In this document: positions 28,325 to 32,000 of the stretch, piece after piece
Layout of the letters: every line of letters begins with the position of its first letter
Position numbering within the stretch: position 1 is the first letter of the stretch
From: Cupriavidus necator
Lineage (GTDB): Bacteria > Pseudomonadota > Gammaproteobacteria > Burkholderiales > Burkholderiaceae
DNA length: 32,000 nucleotides
Direction: 5' to 3'
Assembly (NCBI RefSeq): GCF_016127575.1
Contig: NZ_CP066018.1
Span: 3,450,001-3,482,000, forward strand
Notes under the pieces: generated by a model
Seen by the model: only the letters and a program-made list of their open reading frames with translations
Databases searched by the model: none
Told to the model about the DNA's origin: nothing
Made by a program: the position numbers and the translations under genes

Positions 28325-29758
28325 ATGCAACAACGAGACAAACTCTTTATTAACGGCAAGTGGGTCGCTCCACACGGCAACGGCACGATCGACGTCATCC
28401 ATTCCGCCACCGAGGCGGTGATGGGCACCATCCCCGAAGGCTCGGCGCGCGACGCCGAGGATGCCATCCAGGCGGCCCGCGCGGCCTTCGACAGCTGGTC
28501 GGCCACGCCGCCGGCGGTGCGTGCCGGCTATATCGCCAAGATCGCCGAAGGCCTGAAGGCGCGCAGCGAAGAGCTGGCCCAGCTGATCGCCGGCGAAGTC
28601 GGCATGCCGATCAAGCTGGCGCGCGCGATCCAGGTGGGCGGGCCGGTCTACAACTGGGGCCAGGCCGCCAAGCTGCTGGACGGTTTCCGCTTCGAGGAAG
28701 AGGTCGGCAACTCCCTGGTGGTGCGCGAGCCCGTGGGCGTGGTGGGTGCCATCACCCCGTGGAACTACCCGCTCAACCAGATCACGCTCAAAGTGGCGCC
28801 GGCCCTGGCCGCCGGCTGCACCGTCGTGCTCAAGCCCTCCGAGGTGGCGCCGCTCAATGCCTTCGTGCTGGCCGAGGTGATCGAGGCCGCCGGCCTGCCG
28901 CCGGGCGTGTTCAACCTGGTGACCGGCTATGGCCCGGTGGTGGGCGAGGTGCTGGCCAGCCACCCGGAAGTCGACATGGTGTCGTTCACGGGTTCGACCC
29001 GCGCCGGCAAGCGCGTGTCGGAACTGGCCTCGCAGACCGTCAAGCGCGTGGCGCTGGAGCTGGGCGGCAAGTCCGCTTCGGTGATCCTGGACGACGCCGA
29101 CTTGCCGTCGGCGGTAAAGGGCACCATCAATGCCTGCTTCCTGAATTCCGGCCAGACCTGTTCGGCGCATACCCGCATGCTGGTGCCGCGGGCCCGTTAC
29201 GATGAAGTGAAGGCGATCGCGCAGAAGGTGGTCGAGGGCTTTACCGTGGGCGATCCGCTGCAGGAAGCCAGCAAGCTGGGACCGCTGATCTCCGCGGTGC
29301 AGAAGGACCGCGTGACCGGCTATATCCGCCGGGGCCTGGAAGAGGGTGCCGAGCTGGTAGCTGGCGGTCCGGACACCCCGGAAGGGCTGGACAAGGGCTT
29401 CTTCGTCAAGCCGACCGTGCTCGGCAACGTGGAGCCGCGTGCCACCGTGGCGCAGGAAGAGATCTTCGGGCCGGTGCTGTCGATCATCTGCTATGACACC
29501 GAGGAAGACGCGGTGCGCATCGCCAATGACAGCATCTATGGCCTGGGCGGCGGGGTCTGGTCCGGTGACGAGGCACGCGCGATCCGCGTGGCGCGCCGCA
29601 TCCGCACCGGGCAGGTCGATATCAACGGCGGCCCGTTCAATATGCAGGCGCCGTTTGGCGGCTACAAGCAGTCCGGCAACGGACGCGAAGCGGGCAAGTA
29701 CGGCCTGGAGGAATTCCTGGAGTACAAGTCGCTGCAGCTGAAGAAGCCGGCGGCCTGA
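28325..29758 (+). CDS. NAD(P)-dependent aldehyde dehydrogenase, 477 aa
   Basis: [38 protein letters not shown] and NSGQTCSA (catalytic Cys) motifs. ATG 28325 is in frame with track ORF 28058-29758. Confidence 0.9.
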   Translation: MQQRDKLFINGKWVAPHGNGTIDVIHSATEAVMGTIPEGSARDAEDAIQAARAAFDSWSATPPAVRAGYIAKIAEGLKARSEELAQLIAGEVGMPIKLARAIQVGGPVYNWGQAAKLLDGFRFEEEVGNSLVVREPVGVVGAITPWNYPLNQITLKVAPALAAGCTVVLKPSEVAPLNAFVLAEVIEAAGLPPGVFNLVTGYGPVVGEVLASHPEVDMVSFTGSTRAGKRVSELASQTVKRVALELGGKSASVILDDADLPSAVKGTINACFLNSGQTCSAHTRMLVPRARYDEVKAIAQKVVEGFTVGDPLQEASKLGPLISAVQKDRVTGYIRRGLEEGAELVAGGPDTPEGLDKGFFVKPTVLGNVEPRATVAQEEIFGPVLSIICYDTEEDAVRIANDSIYGLGGGVWSGDEARAIRVARRIRTGQVDINGGPFNMQAPFGGYKQSGNGREAGKYGLEEFLEYKSLQLKKPAA

Positions 29759-29790
29759 TGCGGCGCTGAGCGGCGTTGATGCAATATGGG

Positions 29791-29818
29791 AAATGCCCGG
29801 CTGGCCCGGGCATTTTTT
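29791..29818 (+). terminator. rho-independent terminator after the aldehyde dehydrogenase gene
   Basis: AAATGCCCGG (29791-29800), loop CTGGC, CCGGGCATTT (29806-29815), followed by a T run. Confidence 0.7.
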
Positions 29819-29877
29819 CGTGCGGATAATGTGCGGAAGACACGCACAACATAACGAGAGTCATTGGGGGAGCAACG

Positions 29878-32000
29878 ATGCGCTGGTTTGGTCGGCTGAC
29901 CAGGTTTGTGGCGGGGCTGCTGATGCTGGCGGTGGCCGGCGCTGCCGCGGCCCTGGTCTGGTATCGCCATGCGGCGCAGCCGCCTGCATCCGGCCAGGAA
30001 GCGCTGGCGGGTTTGCGCGGCCAGGTCACGGTCGTGCGCGACGGCCATGGCGTGCCGCATATCCGCGCCGCCAGCAAGGCGGACGCCTGGTTCGCGCTGG
30101 GCTACGTCCATGCACAGGACCGGCTGTGGCAGATGCAGATGAACAAGCGCGTCGTGGCAGGCCGGCTTGCGGAGATCCTGGGACCGTCCGCGCTCGATAC
30201 CGACAAGTTCCTGCGCACGCTGGGCGTGCGCCGCAATGCCGAGGCCATCCTGGCGCAGGCCTCGCCCGAGACCCGTGCCGCGCTGCAGGCCTATGCCGAC
30301 GGCGTCAATGCCTGGATCGACCATCGCAAGGGCCCGCTGCCGCCTGAATTCCTGCTGTTGCGCGCGCAGCCCGAGCGCTGGGAGCCGGCCGATACGCTGG
30401 GCTGGCAGACCATGATGGCCTGGGACCTGGGCGGCAACTGGACCCAGGAAACCCTGCGCATGCGGCTGGCGCAAGTGCTGCCGGTGGCCCGCATCAGCGA
30501 GTTGCTGGCGCCGTATCCGGGCGAGCAGCCGGTGCGCACCATGGATTACGGCCATCTGTACCAGCAACTGGCACCGCTGGCGAATGCCATGGCCAGCGTC
30601 GGCGACAAGGCGCCGCCGGGTTATGTCGAGGGCATGGGCTCGAACAACTGGGTGGTGTCGGGCGCGCATACGCAATCGGGCAAGCCGATGCTGGCCAATG
30701 ACCCGCACCTGGGGCTGCAGGCGCCCGCGCTGTGGTATTTCGCCAGGATGACGGCGCCCGGCCTGGACGTGACCGGCGCCACGCTGCCCGGCATGCCGCT
30801 GGTGGTGCTGGGGCACAACGACCGCATCGCCTGGGGGCTGACCAATACCGCGCCCGACGTGCAGGACCTGTATATCGAACGGCTGCGCCCCGGCAACGAC
30901 ACCCAGTATCAGACCCCGGACGGCTGGGCCGCATTCGAGACCCGCACCGAGACCATCCGCGTCAAGGGCGCCCCGGACGTGGTGCTGAAGGTCCGCGCCA
31001 CGCGCCACGGCCCGGTGATTTCCGATGTGGCCGAGCCGCTTTCGGCTGCCGCAGGACCGCTGGGCGCACAGTATGTGGTGGCCTTCCAGTGGACCGCGCT
31101 GCGCCCGGACGACCGCACCTTCCAGGCGGGGCTGCGCATGAACGAGGCGCGCGACTGGGCCGGCTTCACGGCGGCGCTGCGCGACTTCCATTCGCCGCAG
31201 CAGAACATTGTCTATGCCGATGTCGACGGCAATATCGGCTTCTATGCACCCGGACGCGTGCCGCTGCGCCGGGCCGACAACGACCTCAAGGGGCTGGCGC
31301 CGGCGCCCGGCTGGGATGCGCGCTACGACTGGACCGGCTTTATTCCGTTCGAGGCACTGCCGCACCGCTACAACCCGGCCGACGGCGTGATCGTGACGGC
31401 CAACCAGCGCATCGTCGCACCGGACTACCCGTACTTCATCACCAGCGAATGGACCGTGCCGTATCGCTTTGACCGGATCAAGGCGCTGCTGGCGGCCACG
31501 CCCAGGCACAGCTTCGACAGCTTTGCGGCAATCCAGAAAGACGTGGTCTCGCTGGCCGTGCGCGATGCCTTGCCGCTGCTGCTGGCCGCGCCCGTCAGCC
31601 GCGATGCGGCGCGGCCCGAGCGCGAACGCGCCTTGCTGGAGGCGCTGCGCAAGTGGGACGGAAACATGGACCCGGGGCGCGCCGAGCCGCTGGTCGTCAC
31701 CGCCTGGCTGCGCGAGCTGTCGCGGCGGCTGTTCGAAGAGAAGGCGGGCGAGGCGATCTTTGTCCGCCTGTGGGACCAGCGTAACGTGCAGCAGCCCATG
31801 CTCAACATCCTGCGCGATCCGCGCACGCTGGGCGCGTTCTGGTGCGACCGGCAGCATACGCGCGCGGCAGAGACCTGCGACGACGCCATCGCGGACGCCT
31901 GGACCCGGGCCATGGCGGACCTGTCGCGCCGCTACGGCGACGACGCCGCCCGCTGGCGCTGGGGCGAGGCGCACACGGCCCGCTCCGAGCACAAGCCCTT
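29878..32000 (+). CDS. penicillin acylase family Ntn-hydrolase (AHL-acylase / aculeacin-acylase-like), first ~707 codons, 3' end outside window
   Basis: Not in the track because it has no stop in the window. ATG 29878 with GGGGGAG upstream and a membrane-anchor/signal-like N-terminus (MRWFGRLTRFVAGLLMLAVAGAAAALV). Family blocks: VVRDGHGVPHI, ALGYVHAQDRLWQM. Autoprocessing site GMG-SNNWVVSG has its nucleophile Ser codon at 30640-30642, followed by ANDPHL. Confidence 0.85.
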   Translation, partial: MRWFGRLTRFVAGLLMLAVAGAAAALVWYRHAAQPPASGQEALAGLRGQVTVVRDGHGVPHIRAASKADAWFALGYVHAQDRLWQMQMNKRVVAGRLAEILGPSALDTDKFLRTLGVRRNAEAILAQASPETRAALQAYADGVNAWIDHRKGPLPPEFLLLRAQPERWEPADTLGWQTMMAWDLGGNWTQETLRMRLAQVLPVARISELLAPYPGEQPVRTMDYGHLYQQLAPLANAMASVGDKAPPGYVEGMGSNNWVVSGAHTQSGKPMLANDPHLGLQAPALWYFARMTAPGLDVTGATLPGMPLVVLGHNDRIAWGLTNTAPDVQDLYIERLRPGNDTQYQTPDGWAAFETRTETIRVKGAPDVVLKVRATRHGPVISDVAEPLSAAAGPLGAQYVVAFQWTALRPDDRTFQAGLRMNEARDWAGFTAALRDFHSPQQNIVYADVDGNIGFYAPGRVPLRRADNDLKGLAPAPGWDARYDWTGFIPFEALPHRYNPADGVIVTANQRIVAPDYPYFITSEWTVPYRFDRIKALLAATPRHSFDSFAAIQKDVVSLAVRDALPLLLAAPVSRDAARPERERALLEALRKWDGNMDPGRAEPLVVTAWLRELSRRLFEEKAGEAIFVRLWDQRNVQQPMLNILRDPRTLGAFWCDRQHTRAAETCDDAIADAWTRAMADLSRRYGDDAARWRWGEAHTARSEHKP

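Noticed and set aside
29662-31992. 776-aa minus-strand ORF
   Set aside because: Antisense to the penicillin-acylase-family gene, which has a clear start, SD and family motifs. It also overlaps the aldehyde dehydrogenase 3' end and its terminator.

Overview
High-GC chromosomal segment (by eye about two thirds G+C, with third codon positions nearly always G/C). It looks betaproteobacterial, Burkholderiales (Cupriavidus/Ralstonia-like). That placement is inferred from gene content and remembered protein similarity, not from a search. Contents, left to right: (i) 1-6502, minus strand: a tightly spaced five-gene operon whose left end lies outside the window. I cannot assign any of its products to a characterised family. 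They are two paralogous lysine-free proteins (hyper-acidic N-terminal third, Arg/Ala-rich remainder, shared C-terminal motif), an HExxH putative metallopeptidase, a 692-aa protein, and a further partial protein that the ORF track missed. A small LuxR/GerE-type regulator (6957-7493) is transcribed divergently. This is my candidate for the undescribed system. (ii) 7573-15257: a sugar-acid catabolic locus. It holds uxuB-like reductase, TRAP binding protein and fused TRAP permease on the minus strand, and a GntR regulator, RspA/ManD dehydratase and RspB dehydrogenase on the plus strand. (iii) 15593-20295: a frameshifted PhoD-like metallophosphatase, an ABC-F ATPase, a DUF2239 protein and a small hypothetical. 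(iv) 20435-21631: two decayed pseudogenes fused head to head (Bug/TctC binding-protein remnant and LysR remnant). (v) 21733-27442: a housekeeping block of DUF1993, queE, queD, tadA, ldcA and ybiT. (vi) 27510-32000: a hypothetical protein, an aldehyde dehydrogenase and the 5' two thirds of a penicillin-acylase-family (AHL-acylase-like) gene. I saw no rRNA, tRNA, CRISPR array, transposase or integrase. Many long ORFs in the supplied track are antisense shadows of real genes, which is typical at this GC content, and I rejected them.
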